Assembly (NCBI GenBank): GCA_030141605.1
Contig: JAQGDQ010000109.1
Span: forward strand, 310,001 to 374,000
Origin: Tubiluchus corallicola
Lineage: Eukaryota > Animalia > Priapulida
Direction: 5' to 3'
DNA length: 64,000 nt
A program made the position numbers and the translations under genes. Within the stretch, counting starts at the first letter, position 1; the number at the start of each line of letters is the position of its first letter. The notes beneath the pieces were generated by a model. The model saw only the letters and a list, made by a program, of their open reading frames with translations. It was not told the origin of the DNA and made no database searches. Below, piece by piece: positions 24,301-39,270 of this stretch.

Positions 24301-27300
24301 TGTAGGAAATCGGCTGCCTTTTCTCATTCGAGGAAGTGATCCAGGGCGATTTGTTCTACTAAAACCATAGCTATTCTGATTTTTATCTTCAACGTCGGTG
24401 CTTCTCTCCAGATACTGAAGTAAATTGTCTCCTTCTGATACATAATTTTCTCTATTCCGCCGTTGTACTTCATCAGCGCTATTGTCAATTTCGGTTTCAC
24501 GGATATGATTTTTGTCAAATGACTGTTCACTATTTTGATGGGTAATAACAGGAGTACCTAGAAAAATATTTACATGAACTTTTGTATTTTAGTGTAATAA
24601 TGCAAAACTACATAGAAATAATCTTTTAAATTTTGAAACAACTAAGCATGAATAATTTTTTGCCTTTAGTAACAAAAGCTGATACGTACTGTTAGAGTGG
24701 ATGACGTGACCCTTTCCTCTAGCAGTCTGTTTTTCTTCTTGAGCTTTTCGTTGCTCGTTTTCCTTAAATGATAAAAAATGCAATAACTTTTTATCTACAT
24801 GCAAGAAATGTTTTAAACATTGCAAGTGACTGAGCTTATAAAACAATAACTCAGTAAATTACGTAATAGGTAAGGAATACCTTAAGTAATAGGTATTGCT
24901 ATTGTACTGATGTCATTTTAGAACTATTAACACTACCTAAACTACATAAAAACAGTAAAAATAATGTGATACACCACATCCCCTTACACCTTAGCTTAGA
25001 TGCTTGCTTATCTTCTCACGACCAAAAGCACAACTGTGAAAATCGTAACACAATATAAAAAACATGTTCTCACTTCAACAGCCTTTCTGAACTTCTTGCA
25101 AAATGCGTCAAAGGTCTGAAAACATTCTTCAAGCTTGAAAGTGGAATGATCCTCACAAAAGAATTCTGCCAATTCCTTGCGCATTCTCTCCATTTCGACT
25201 ATGTCCTCGCGAAGAGCAACAATTTCTTCACCTCCATCCTACAAAGAATCTTGTCTTACTCAACATTCACACATTGAGAGGTTCGTGATCATTGATGTGG
25301 TACAATGTTCTTATTATTCACCTGTGATTATTCAAATATTAAGTGATGCTAAGTTTTTTTCAAAATAATTAAACAATCTGAACAATAATTTATTACCTCC
25401 ATAAATCCAGACATCATTTTTTGAAGTTCAGCATTTTCCCGCAGTTTCAACTGCTGAGCTAAACTTGCCATCTTTTTGTCAATTGACTTGATTTCTGAAG
25501 TCAGAGCTTCTATAGATAACCTGTACAGTAAAATATTTTAACAGTCTTAAAATTCCATTTTAACATTCCAAGCAAGGCATACTGGCATACTTAATGGTAA
25601 TTCATACTAATCATTTGCCAAAAAATAAAAGGTGCGAAAAAACTGTCAGTTCCACAAAATTGCAAGTTTTTAGAGAGAAAGCAGTGAATAGAAGCAGTAC
25701 TCAAGACATAAAAACAAGTGTTGAAAATTTAAGTAAAACAAAAACGTACACTAATCAGTTGCCTGTTTATAGCCAACATTAGGCAAACAGGTGAGTTCAT
25801 TTTATAAGTTCCTATAGTTATTGCATTGCCATTAACAATAACAGCAAGAAAAATGCTAAAAAAATTATAATTTGAAATAAAGCTTACCTAGATGCATCTT
25901 CCACTGTTTTCAGCTGATTAGGGAAATGTAGAAGATGAGGATTTTGTTTCTCAGCTTGCTGTAAAAATTTCATTATTATAGTCACATGCCAGATACTAGA
26001 TGGCACCACTGACTGTACAATGTTAGTATAGTCTCACGTATGGTACGTTCCAATAATTCTATTCAAACATTTCCCAACGATGAAAACTTTCAGTGATAGG
26101 ACATAGACATACATAACTTTAAATAACCTGTTACAATCTATTTAGACTGTTTCTTAACTCTATATAGGCAAGTTCTCAAAACAAAATTCAGAAAAAGTTT
26201 GGTCGCACAAGGATCTATAAAAATGCTTAGCTTATTAATAAATGTATAATAACAGTGTGTAGCTAACTTCAAAAGCATCCAAGTTCTTTCTTGACTGTTG
26301 CTTAATTACTGATTGACCAGAATCGGTTTCAACAAATTATAATAATTTGTCATTTACTGCAGAGAAAGAACTAAAGAGTTTGTACAGAGTATATGCTTTC
26401 CTGGACAATATTTTCTATGAAAATTCATGTTTTCTGTATGACTTTCCTCACCTAGATCATTTGTACAGAATACAGCTTTCACAGAAATTAGTGTGTATCA
26501 CGACTGCTGTTTGAACATATGAGAAAGGAAATTACTAATTAACTGCTAGAAAATCTGCATTTGCAAGCACTTTCGCATGTACAAACAATGATCTCTCATT
26601 AACCATGCAGTATTCTACACAATATGCACCATTTAAATAACTTACCACATTCAAAAACAGGAGATCAATTGGCAACAATGGCATCACTGACAATACAAAA
26701 AACAATACTCTGTATAACCATCTTAGCTATACCAAAGTAGCAAGTAGATGCTGCCCTATATAGTACGTACCAGTGCTACATAGTGCAAAAGGTTCATTCG
26801 TGGTTTATTTGCATGTGTCTCAGCCAACTTGAGCAAAGACGAAAGCTTAAATCCAGCTGCATTACCAGCATACCCTCCCTGCAATTTTTAAAAATTTGTA
26901 CTATTATAGTTTTACAATAATCATAATTTTAAATAAAATATAGGTTTCTTTTCTGGAAGTTCAATGCTTTGCAAAATGATTGTACTTAGGCCTACTACTC
27001 CATAATTATGTCTGTATGAATCAACATGTTATAATATTATATACAAACACTAAATTTGTAGAAATTTACTTACAGAATTCATGAAATTTCCAGCAACTAA
27101 TATGAGAAACAGGACATCTTGTAAAGCTTTGCATTCTTTTAGATCTAGAAAAAAAATTTTAACTGAATGAAGTGTTAAAAAATTTTACTCCTAAAAACCT
27201 AAATCCTAAATAAATTATGTTTAAACTAACTAAATACCTAGTTTAACTACATCAGCAAGTGGCATATTTATAATCAAACATATATAGAATGTTACTTATA

Positions 27301-30300
27301 TTAATATATTAACTAGTTATATCAGTCTGCTCTAGCCGTAGCTCTGTACATGCAAGCTTAATCAAAGGCTCTGTTTACAGGGTCAGCCTTGATAATGAGC
27401 CAGCTTGGTCCTGCTTGGAGTCTTGCGACAGCATTAAGTAGGCCTGCCCTTAAATGTTGGATTCATTCCAGTTTACAGGGTGCCGAAATAAGTATCAAAA
27501 ACATGCAGGCAGGCTTGAAATGAATCTTTTTTACAATATTTCGTTAAGCCGTGAGCTTCATTATTTTTTGAGATATCCATAGTAAGTGCACAATTACATG
27601 AAGAGAAACTACAGAAAAGAAGTTATAGTTAACAGTGGTTCGTACTGAGACATAAGTCAATTCAATAACATGATTTTAACACATTTTGATTCAAAACAGA
27701 AACAGCTACAGCTTGAGCTAGGTTTTCAAAACCAATCGGACTAGTTTTAACTTAATGACTTTGAACAGCATTTTTACAACTACCTTAACAATAGTTCACC
27801 CAGCAACTTACAAGAACATAAATTCAAATAGAGGGTCAAAACCAGACAAAAGTGGATTGTAGAGGCATTAGGCAGTCAGCCTTGGGGGTTTGTAACTAAA
27901 CATAACGTCTGTATTGAACTATTTTTGCTGTACAATGATGCAATGCCTATCTGCTTTTGTTGCATTTAGTTCCACAGCCTTTACACAAAAGACTAGATTC
28001 CAGAATCTTAACTGAAGATTTTATCAAAAATAGCCGCTGGCACTGGCACCTTTTTCGTTGTTTTCTTGTGGTGTCTACAAATGAAATATTGGCTACACCC
28101 TTTACAAAGAACAGACAAAGTTTCTATTCTCTGTTTGTTTTGTGCATGCATGACTAGATGTGACACCCGCCATTGAACCACCATAATAAAGTTCATGAAT
28201 GAGACATGAAGTCACCAAAAAATTAAAGTGGGTGATGTTTGTTGAAGGGTGGACAGCATATGGGATGATGAACCATCAGCAACTTTAAATGTTTAACTTT
28301 ATTTTTGAACTTTAAGGTTTACCTGATTTTTCTAATATACTAGCAAAGTGATCTTTCAATATCTACCAACAAAGAACTCATTCAATTATTTGTGTATCTA
28401 TCCCCACCTCTATTCTTACGATCTAACTATTTAATCTGCAGTGATTAATATTCTTGTCTAGACTTTTTGTCACATTCGCCTTTACACTGCCGACTTTTTG
28501 TACTAATTCTTTTTGTATGTTAACAAAATTGTTATTGAACCATGTGCCTAGGGCCATGTTACATTCACCTACCTTCTGCTGCCATTAAGACGGTGTCGAT
28601 TGATGGTTTGACATAGTCTAAATGGATCTGAAACTCCTCTCTCATTAGCATGCATTCAATTCTCAGCTTAAATCTGCAATAAAGTTAAAACAGTTGTAAC
28701 ACAGAGACTATTTTAAAATAGTGTCTCATTAGATATATTAACATAATTACTATATAATTCTGCTAATTTTTTATAACTATGAGATTTTTTTTTGTTTAAT
28801 CTAACAATAGTTGCAACTTACAACCTAATGTGATACTTTGAATTTAAAGTTTTAACAAACACTTACTTTGGAATTTCTATGAGTTGAAGGAAGAAACGTT
28901 CTGCTGTCCCAAGTTTTTGTTTGTCACCATCAAATGAACGCAACATCTCAAACTGCATAAAAATAAGCTTAGTCATATTGTTATGTTTTAATATTTTAAG
29001 AAAGAACACGATACTTAGAACTTTTTGTAAATTCATTTTAATGACTGCGCAGGAACAATCACAAATTATGGCAGCTTATTGTAATTTTTGCAATGAGATG
29101 GTTTCCAAAAGAATCTGGGAAGTCCTGGATAGCTTTGATAAGTCTGCGCGTGATTTGAAAGGATTGAACTGGTCTGTCCAGATTTGAGTATGCTTATTGA
29201 CCCTCTAAGAAGGTCTGGGTATATGTATACACAGGTTGATCAAATCAGGATGGATAGACAGATACGTATAAACTAAGATGTGTCTCAATTGATGGCCATA
29301 CGATCTATAAATGACTCATTCATGTATTAAAAAATTTCATGTGTTCCAAGTACCTCGTCTTGTTCTGGTAAGATTTTTAACAGTCCTTTCAGTTTCTCTG
29401 CACCAATTTCCTTGCTGTTGCCCTCCTTTATCATAGTTACTAACTCCTCGTACCCTCTAGAAATTGCAAAAGATAATATTCAAAAGAATGTGCCAAATTA
29501 GACTGCTGGTTTCAAGCTTTATGGCATCATTTACACTGCAAACATAGCTGACAATACCAAAACTGTTTGCATTCATATGGAACAATTTAGAAAAAGCAAG
29601 TTTTTTTATTGCACTGTTTTGATTGCTTTTAATATACACTTTTTATCTGGTATGAAATGCTTGCCATCATACAAAGTGAATTGTGTTTAATTATTGTGGT
29701 CACTACTCAAATTGGCAAGTAATAACAATAATAAAAATTTCGTACCTACGATACTGCTTTAAATAAATATTGACATTCAAACTCCGTTTGTTATCCAGAA
29801 GGCATATCTCCAAAGAATCAGGTCGTTTTCTTTTATCCCCTTCTCCTCTTCCACTGGCTCCTAACTTTTTTGATGTGTCAGCACGAGAAAATAGTTCTTC
29901 CATTTCATTATAATCGAATGGTGCTTCATTTTTTCCTTGTGCCACAAGTGTCCACAAGTTGTTCTTCCCTAACACTTTGTTCACTGGTATTCTTCCCCAG
30001 TTAAATGTCCTCATTTTACTTTTCGGTTTTGGAGTTTTCTGCTGAGGTAACACCACTTCACTATCACACTTACTTCTTCGCGGAGTACTGTGGGGTGTGC
30101 CAAGAGGTGGAGGTGGAGGGGGAGCACCAGGTGTAGGTGTGCAAGGAGGTGGTAGAGGTGGAGGACCAGGAGTTGAAGGTGGTGGAGGTGGTGGCACACT
30201 GGGTGGAGTAGGAGGTACAACTACTGAATTCTGTATCAAAGGAGATGGACCTGTTGGCGTACTTGCTGAAGGTCTACGATCAATATTTGACCTTCTCCTT

Positions 30301-33300
30301 GGTGTGCCATCTTCATCACGATGGCATGAACAGCGACACTTGATAATGTCTTTAGCTTTGTCTATTTGCACATAAGCAGCACGAAGCAGTTTTTCCGGGC
30401 CCTCGTCCTTCTCAATCTGAGTAGCTCTGCAAGTGAGTCTTTCTGCCAACTCCCAGATTCTGTCACTCTTAGGGTCACTGTTGTCTATTTGCAATAGATG
30501 ATGTAACAAACTAAGAAATGGTCTCTCCACTGGTGTGGTAGCCACCTGAAAAATACAAATTCTACGTTTGTTTTTCTGCAATGTGTCCAAACTACATAGT
30601 ACAATTAATTTTGAAAAAATTAGAAAAATTTTATGGCGCCATTACCTTAAATAGTATAGCATAAAAAACTTCCAAATGACTGTTAAGATCTACACCATCG
30701 GGACCGGTAAGTCGCTCCTCATCCTTGCACATTTCCTCTTGAAACTGTTCCAGTTGAACCTGAATGTCTGCATCCTTAACTGGATCTTTCCTAAAAAAGT
30801 GAAGACCATTATGCCTGCTAAGTATATATATATATATATATATATATTTGTTATTGTACCAAAAAGCACCATTATTATTTTTTGGATACATAATGTCAAA
30901 CAACTAAATTTTTGGGCAACGTTTCATTTTTCATAATATGCTGTTGCTGGTGAAACTCAACTGCAAATCTCAACACTTCAGTGCCAAATAATTATCTAGT
31001 TTTTATTGGATTTTTTATAAATGCTGGATATAAATGTAGAAGAATTCAAGCATATTTTTGGCAAAAACAAGTAATTATATTCGACAGCTCAAAGATCAGT
31101 CAACTGTTCAACGAAGAGAAAGTAAAAGTTGTTTCTGTTTAACTTTCTTTAAGACCTTTATCAAGTGAATGTTTATGTAAACAAAGCCCTTTAACAGCGG
31201 CAGATGTGTCCACCTTTACTACTGACCATTGGTCAAGCAAAGTTAAAAGTACACAAACACTCTTCTCAATGGCAATCGTTCAGAACTATTTCAGAGCTAT
31301 TTCTGTGTCCTGAACTGACCGCTAGTGTTTTGATAAGCCGCTTAGGTCAGCCGTAATCCGTGTTGGGATCAATGTGAAAGGTTCCGTGTATCCAACAAAA
31401 TTACCGTGCACCGCATCTACGAACACATATTATCTTTGACAGCGTCTGGTGTATCCAAATCGCAGTGGCGGATGAGATTTCACGTGATATCCTAGCAGTA
31501 TATTGTTTCAAAAATACGAAAAAATCTCTAAATTCCTTTTATAATAATAGAGCAGCCTCTTGCACCTGCATGAAAACCGCCAAAAACAGCAAACAACCCA
31601 ACCGATTCATGATCACATACATGTTTTTAGATACGCCATCCTCTAAGCTGTTTAAATGGAAGGCAAACACGTCACAAACATACGCCGCTTTTTTCAGTTT
31701 TACTTGTTTAGAAAGTTACTTTGAAGGGCCGTCTGGGTGAACATGAATCATTTTTTCAACCATTATCCACTTGTCGCATTTAGTTAACTCACTAAACTTT
31801 ATACCAGACTGCAAACAACAAAAGAAGCCTGCATATGGCCTCAATCAATCAAATTTCAGACACCTGCGTCAGACTGGGGAGTAAAATATACCGCCCAAAC
31901 TTCTAAGCAAGAACCTGGGCAAATATGCTGGCCAATGGCAGTACCTTTTTGCATATACGCGAAGCATCTACTATTTAAGGCAGGGTTTCCTTAGTTTACT
32001 TTCTGGTAATATTTTCACAACCGCTTCTTTTCGGAACTATCCACTTCTAGTGGAATATCTTCTTTAGAATAAACAGCAGCAATCAATATAAGATTCTATA
32101 TGTCGTTTCAACCGTTTTCTTTTTTATACAGGAATCTTACATGCCAAACTTTTTTGCTTACCTGATAGCGTCAAGAACATCAAGAAGTTTTAGACCTAAA
32201 AACAGCAAATTTAATAATTAATCTGATGTAAAACTGGCTAAACTTAATATTATGAGTTCTTTTTGAAACATTTGGGCCTAATAGTTTGTAATGATAATGG
32301 TGGTTATTTATTTCATAATGTAATATACTAATATCATCAACAAAATCTGTATTATTTTTGTAGTTATATTTTTATTATCAACAAAATCTTTATAATAATT
32401 TTGAAAATGTAATGAAAAGTCGTCTATTTTCTATGTAATAATTGCAAACATTGGGCTATTTACGGTTGGAAACACACAATAACGCGACCACAGACCTGAA
32501 TATTACTTGAAAACGTTAACGCCTGGGCCTGCAGGCTTAATGTATATCTGTGGGTATCAACTGTAATGTTAAGAGTGACCATTTTCCTAAATCTTAGCGG
32601 GTGTGCGCTTACTCAGCAAAACAGCATTCAGCTCTCCAAACAGACCATTCCTAAATCCTTCTGCCAATTATCTTCGCTAAATAAACTCAGTGTTGGCTAC
32701 AGGTGTGCATCGATAAAGAATTTCCTGATATTTTTGCTTTATAAGTCGGTTGGGGGTAGGCGAAACGGCTATTTCCGAAAAAAAACGTTATCATTCAGAG
32801 CGTTGGGAAAGTTGTGAACGAAGTTATTACTAGCAAGTTAGCGAAACTAGAAAAATAACTAAATGACGTACACCTATTTTGAAAGCATCACAGATAGTTT
32901 TGGTTCGTCAAAGTAGTTAATATGCAGCTCGAAATCGAACCACACTAAAAAACCGCACTTTGTGTTCTTTTAAATAAAATAAAGAAAGACTTTTAAAAAA
33001 GGTTTTACTTGAGGAATGAGAAAAGTTTTACACTGCAACGCACTTTATAACTGAAATTCCAAATTGCTGGCCAAATGTTAGAATATGCATGTACTTTTAT
33101 TCATACACGTCATGAACACCTTCAAGTACTACAAAGACCAAATCGGTTGGAAATGAAGTTAAACTTTTACGTACCTACATTTTAGAAATTAAGCAGGAAA
33201 GTTGCTAAAGCTCAGAAAACAGTTAATGAACTATTAGTCATTTGACACTAACATTAGAATAATGCCTCAATACTACTTTGCCAGAATGCGTTCATTTTTG

Positions 33301-36300
33301 CTGCAGAGGTTACTGGGTCGTTTAATGTTTGTCGCCTTGAACCTACCGCTATGGTTGAATTTGAAGTTAACTCTTTCATTCCTCGTCAAATTTCGTTCAC
33401 CAGTCATGAAAAGAATTGAACTTAGTCTATAGTCCAGACAATATAGAACAACATTCAGTCAAATTGGACTGAGGGCAGTGGCCTTTATACTGGCCAATAT
33501 GGTTTAGAGAGTCAATTGGAACAAGACTGTTTTCAGTTTGCTCACCAAACATTCAAACAAAGACGGCCCCACCACTTCGTCATAAATGAGAGCCAATTCG
33601 TAGCGGGTGCCCTTCTGAGCTCTGATCCGTCCCACCAAAAACACTCATAGAACAATGTGACCGGCCCTTGAATATAGCAGTTACTGTAGTAAAAGATGCT
33701 TCAAATTTCACAAGGTGTGCGCCATTCTAGAAGAATTTCTACTGTTTCAGTCCTGTCCCGAGCTTAATCCACTCTAAATTCAAAACTAACGAAGATCTAC
33801 GTTCTGTACTTGGTAAGATACAGCCCAGTAATAAGCAATTTTACTAACCTATAAATTCGTTTCGAATTCGAACCCGTTCTTCCGGTAAAGGCGCACAGTC
33901 AACGAGCGAATTAATCAGCGTTAAAACAGCCCCTCTAGCGATGCCATAGCTTTTCCTGAGCTCATCAACCACAGGCGCAAAACGATAACGCTCTTTTCTT
34001 TTCTCCTGAAACGAAAGAAATGGTGCGATTAATAATGTAATTTATTCACTCTAGTCACGTTTTGTTCTGCAACTACACAGACGAGCCACATCAAAAAAAA
34101 AAGAAATTTAATGCTTTAATACAAATTTAAACTAATGCATTTTAGACCAAGCATAAATTTCTTTATAAATAAGGGAAAAATAATTTTTGACGGCTGTGAC
34201 TATATCAAAATCTAACAGCTAATTTACCTATCACTTGTGTTTCGGTACACCACATGCAATTACGTTACTACAATCAGTCACACTTATTACAAGTTATTAA
34301 GTTACGGTTAAGCCAACGATGCTCATCTACTTCAATTTAATTATATTAGAACAATTTTCAAATATCTGTTACAAACTAATTGTAATATTTTGTATTTCAC
34401 CCATAAATATTTAAAAATTACAAAACGCATCAAGATGAATATGTATTATGTATAAATGTAAAAATGACCTGCTTCCTCTGAGCTTTGCTGATTTTTTTTA
34501 CTTGTTCAATAAATTCGTAGTTACTGTACCCAGAGGGCTGATCATCTACTACACATACCAAACATAAAACCATCGTAACCCTTCACGTACCACGCACAGC
34601 TTTGGCGACAAAAATTGAATCGATACCATGCGGAAAAATTATTATACGTGCCAATTTGAAAATATCTCTTTTATTTCTTCTGCCTTAACATCTTATAACT
34701 TCATTTTGCCTCATGTATGATAGTGTCCCTACTTCGTTTTTATTTTAAGTAATTATATATTTAGTTTTGCGCACTGAGTAACAGAAGTGAAGGACAAACT
34801 TCTTTTCCAAGTTTTCCTGAAACTGAGTGCTAGCTGACTTTTAATATAATTTGCTACCACTCCACAATAAATGCAGTATTTTTTCAAAAATAGTTGAATA
34901 TTATATACAAATCAGCTAAAGAAGATCATCTTAATCTTAATCCTCGTCCTTATCACTAATATCCACCACCATCATCATCTATTTTGCGGGCATGCAAATT
35001 TAGTCGCTTTCAAACATTTAGAAGATAATAGATAGTGCTGGAAATCCCTTTACAGGTGTTTGTACATTGAAAGTCGCACTATTTACATTTCCCAGAGTCT
35101 CAAGTATAGGTAGACTATAGTGGTACAGGTTCTACCAGTGGACAGCTTGGGGTTAATTTAGCGCAAAGTAACTAAACTTTTGGACTCTTCATTCACCTGA
35201 ACCGACTGAAAGTTTTATTACCCTAAACAGGTAATGTAACTTGATGCTTTACGGATCACTGCAGTACAAAGCCATATAAACCTCCTCAAGCCATTAATCA
35301 ACGCCTCATACTTGAAAAGTAAAATCAGTTTCAACAACGTCTGTAGTAATGTTAAATAATTAGAAAGTGTGGAGAAGGACTTAATAGACACCAGGAAGGG
35401 CACATTTCTGCTTTCACCGCTCCGCGAAGTCCCGGGCGAAGTAGCTAAGCTCCTAAACAGCCAGTCTGAGGCAAATGTTCGTGTTACAGCCATAGCTTCC
35501 ATAGCTGAGTAGTAATTCTTGTGGCGGACGTCGTGATTGGGTTGCTATTGTTTATCTGCTAATTTTTTTGAAGTTCAACACACTGAAGGCCTTAATTCAG
35601 AAGGGCATTGAAGTAGGAAGTAAGAATCATTTACTTATTTCTTAACTAGCTAAGATGAATATCAATGGCTGAGCTATAGACTGTATCTTAACCAATTTCA
35701 AACATGCATACGTTCTTCCTCGAAGAAAAAAATAACTGAAGGCGTAAAACGTCAGATGAAACGTCAAAAATAGTTTTCCCAAGCGGCCTCTCATACATTT
35801 ATTAAACAGGCTCAGTGCTGCTTATCTTTCTTAGCTAAGTACTCATAATGACCACCCAGCACTTCTCTTGCCCAGTTTTCCTATTTTGCTCTTAATGGTT
35901 TCTCGCAGGCAATAACATTTTAGTACAAGTGGCCTCTTTGGTTAGGTTATCTGACGAAAGATCATTACGATCGACTAGAGCAGGGTTACTGGTAGAAAAA
36001 AACGGGTAATGGACAAAGTGTCGATCTCGTTGTCAGCGTCAACTGTTATTGTCAGTAAGTAAACTAGTGTTGCTGACGCCTCCACTGCTGCTGCTGCTGC
36101 TGCCTCTGGAAGACTACAAGCAACAACAGTTACTTTTGGAAATGAAAAATTTTAAAGTGGCAAAAACCAGACAAAGAAAAACTCCACCTAAACCAGGAAA
36201 ACGTCACGTAACTGCTTGCGAAAATTCCTGAGAAAGGTTACATCAGATTAAAACAAAGTCACAATGCTTGATAACAAAATACCACCCGCAGAGAGAAAAA

Positions 36301-39270
36301 CTTAGAAACAACGAAAACACATCCTGAACAAAGATTTATTCGTTGAATCAAAAGTTACTTTAGAAAAGATATGTGAAAGTCAATAAAAGATTATAAACGG
36401 CTGTTTGATTTGCACTCCTAAAACAATATGACTTGGGTAATCTCATTATATTAAGTAAGTCTGTTTAGTTTTTTTTCTTTTTTCATCCGTCCATTGCTTT
36501 ACAAGAGATACTATAATATACAAACAGAAAAGAGGAATCATTTAATAATTATAATAAAAATGAGCTGGCGAAAGTAAACAAATAAGTGAAACACTTAGAC
36601 AAAGTCATCGATTACTCTTAAATTCGCCGAGACTCACACAACTACAGTTGATGGTATAAGCTAGCTGCAACAGCAAGTTGCGAAACAAAAATCCGATGTA
36701 TGTGCATCAGAAATTGTCAGATAATTGGAACGGCGAGACAAGAGTTAGTCAACGTCAAGAATCACTTGATTCCTTCCGCATAAGGGCTAGCTAGTATGGA
36801 AGCGGAAGCGATTTTTACAGACATTTGAGGCAGAAGCGCAATCAAAAGCCAGAGCCTATACCTGAGTAATTTTACGAGGACAGTGGCTCTGTTACAACTC
36901 ACAGCCGACCGTAAATGGACCATAATTGTGTAAATTTGTACCGGATAAACACTATCATTACGAATATGCGGCTTATTTTTGTAGAAATATTCCATACACT
37001 TACATACGTAAATCATGGGAAAATTGCCTGAGCGGTCTCTTAGCAAAACGTGGCAGAAATGTTGACCAAGGGTGGTTCAACGCTGGTGGCCCTAATTCTT
37101 AGACTTCTGATCATTTTGGTTATGATCTCACATAACTGCTCTATATTTCGTAAGAAATTATAGTCACTCATTTTTGTAACAGCGACAATTAATAAAACGT
37201 TTAACCAAAAAAACATCGAAGTTTTGTTAATACTTACCAAATAAGTAAACGAGCCCCTATCCTAGTCTACCCCGTGCCATGATTGTTTAATGCTTGCAAC
37301 ATGTCACTGGTCAGATGAATGATGATTTGTGCATATAATCAAACTAACACATCAATCTTGATGTTAACAATGGTAAGTGGATGTCAAGATAGCACTGCAT
37401 AAATAGCAGCATAATGCATGGCCCCTCCGTAATGGCACAGTCTTTCGGCTTCTCGCTTTCTAATTGGACTAAATTTAGTTCTCTTAGAGCAGATAATTAA
37501 TTTTAAAAACTTGATAAGAAACTTCTATTAATATAATATATAATAGCCCCATTAATCCATATCTTGAAAAACCATCGAAATACAGGCACGAAATATTTGA
37601 GAAAATTGTGGTGTTACTTGTTCAAAGATTGTAAACTTATTATGGAGGAAGGGGCAATTTGAGTTAATTCAATCTACAATGCTCACAGAGCGTTGCGCAA
37701 TTGATAGTGTTGCAAAGATGAGAGGCAGTTAGGCATCAGTTACGCGTTATTGGGCCACTTAACCACTTAATGGGAGGTTGCTTTTGAGATACACACCATT
37801 GCGAATAGAAATTTTGCAATGTTTGGACAACAGTAAAAACAATATAGGAAACCTGTAAAATTAATATAGGTTTTTATAATTTTTCATTTTGGTCTTTTGC
37901 TGGCCGATTCTGAGTTAACTTCCTATTCAGCCTCATGGGCGTACAAACACGGCGTTGTTTCTGACAACAGAATAACATATAAACATTATTTGGGCTGCGA
38001 AGTGCTAATGATTAGAGGCGCATGTACATACTGAAGTTATTCTTCCAAATAAAGGTTACAAGGCTAAATGGATCAAGTGTCGATAGTTCATGTACAGATT
38101 TACAACTTTTGCCGGCACTAATTTGCAAAAATTGGTCTAAAATCGGCAGGAGCTCTTACACGCTGTCTCCGGTTTAGACCCCTTTTTACGTACAAATGTA
38201 CAATTGACAGGAGAAGGGCGTGAATCTTTTCTTCTTATGTGACACCATGGCTTAACGTTTCTGAACTAAAGTGCACATTTCTGCAGTTTTAATTTGACTA
38301 CCAAGTCGCCAAACAATTCTGTGACCGGATGAAATTCTAAGAGCAAAGATGTCCTAAAGATTGTAAATGTAGTTAACTTCGTGGTGTGTATTCCAAGTGT
38401 CTAATATTTTAATATTATAAATCATTGATCAAGATAGACTGAGTATTAATCAGTGAGTTAATATTTCGTCTTAAGTAGATGAATATTTAAGTAAAACAAG
38501 TGTTACTTAGAAACCAACGCAACACAGTTAGGGAAACTTCCATTCTTCAATTTCAATGCTATAGTGTAATAGCCTAAATAATAAACAAATTTGTCATAGA
38601 GTAACCGTATCTGCTGAAGACATGCTAGTGGAACCAGAATTATTTCACTTGGACCATATGGTAACTAATGATGGATTTGAAATCGTGCAGTTCTAAGCGT
38701 AGGATCCTGCTTAAGAACATTTCAGGGTCATCTCATAATTAAACATATTCATTACCAGAGTGTGATATGTTTATTTATGAGAAAGCTCAGCTTCTCTTGG
38801 CAAGGATCCAGTTAATTTATTCTTCGGCTCAAACCAATATGGACCCTTTCAATTTCACTGTTAGGTACACTTGTTCGCTTAATTACAGGTGCGCGGTTAA
38901 TGTGGAACCGCCCACCGCAGTAATTAGTAGATGCTTATTCAAGGTGGACATTGGCGCTGGATTTACTGATTTTAACCTTTAGATACTGGCACTTTAGCAC
39001 GAAAAGTCAATGCCTTGTCTTTCTGTAAGAACTCGTAGACATGGAAAAATGAGAACAAGGATTCATGTAACAGCATCAGCAGAAGCAACTTAAGCTTGCT
39101 GGATCTAGGTGACCATCGGGAGCATGTTAATTCGTCAAGCTCAAGGTCACTCACCTTATACTGTTCCAGCGTCTGTAAGACACGACTATAGCCTCCCTCT
39201 GAATAATGGCACAGTGTCGAAAGTAAGCGGAAAATGTTCTGCCTATGCTGGACATTCTTGTCGTCCAATG
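21364..39270 (-). CDS. FHDC1: Inverted-formin family protein (INF2/FHDC1-like): DID/FH3, FH1, FH2 and long tail; 5' partial, about 1780 aa identified
   Basis: Phase-consistent exons: 39270-39155, 34005-33849, 32195-32162, 30790-30646, 30545-29746, 29456-29354, 28952-28867, 28673-28573, 27144-27074, 26878-26771, 25958-25888, 25520-25397, 25238-25074, 24762-24690, 24557-21364. Motifs: [14 protein letters not shown] (FH3), poly-Pro FH1, [67 protein letters not shown]. The symbol is tentative between FHDC1 and INF2. Confidence 0.9.

Noticed and set aside
21364-24327. Stand-alone 987-aa protein
   Set aside because: The frame extends to an acceptor at 24557 and splices in phase to the FH2 exons. 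It is the formin's last exon.
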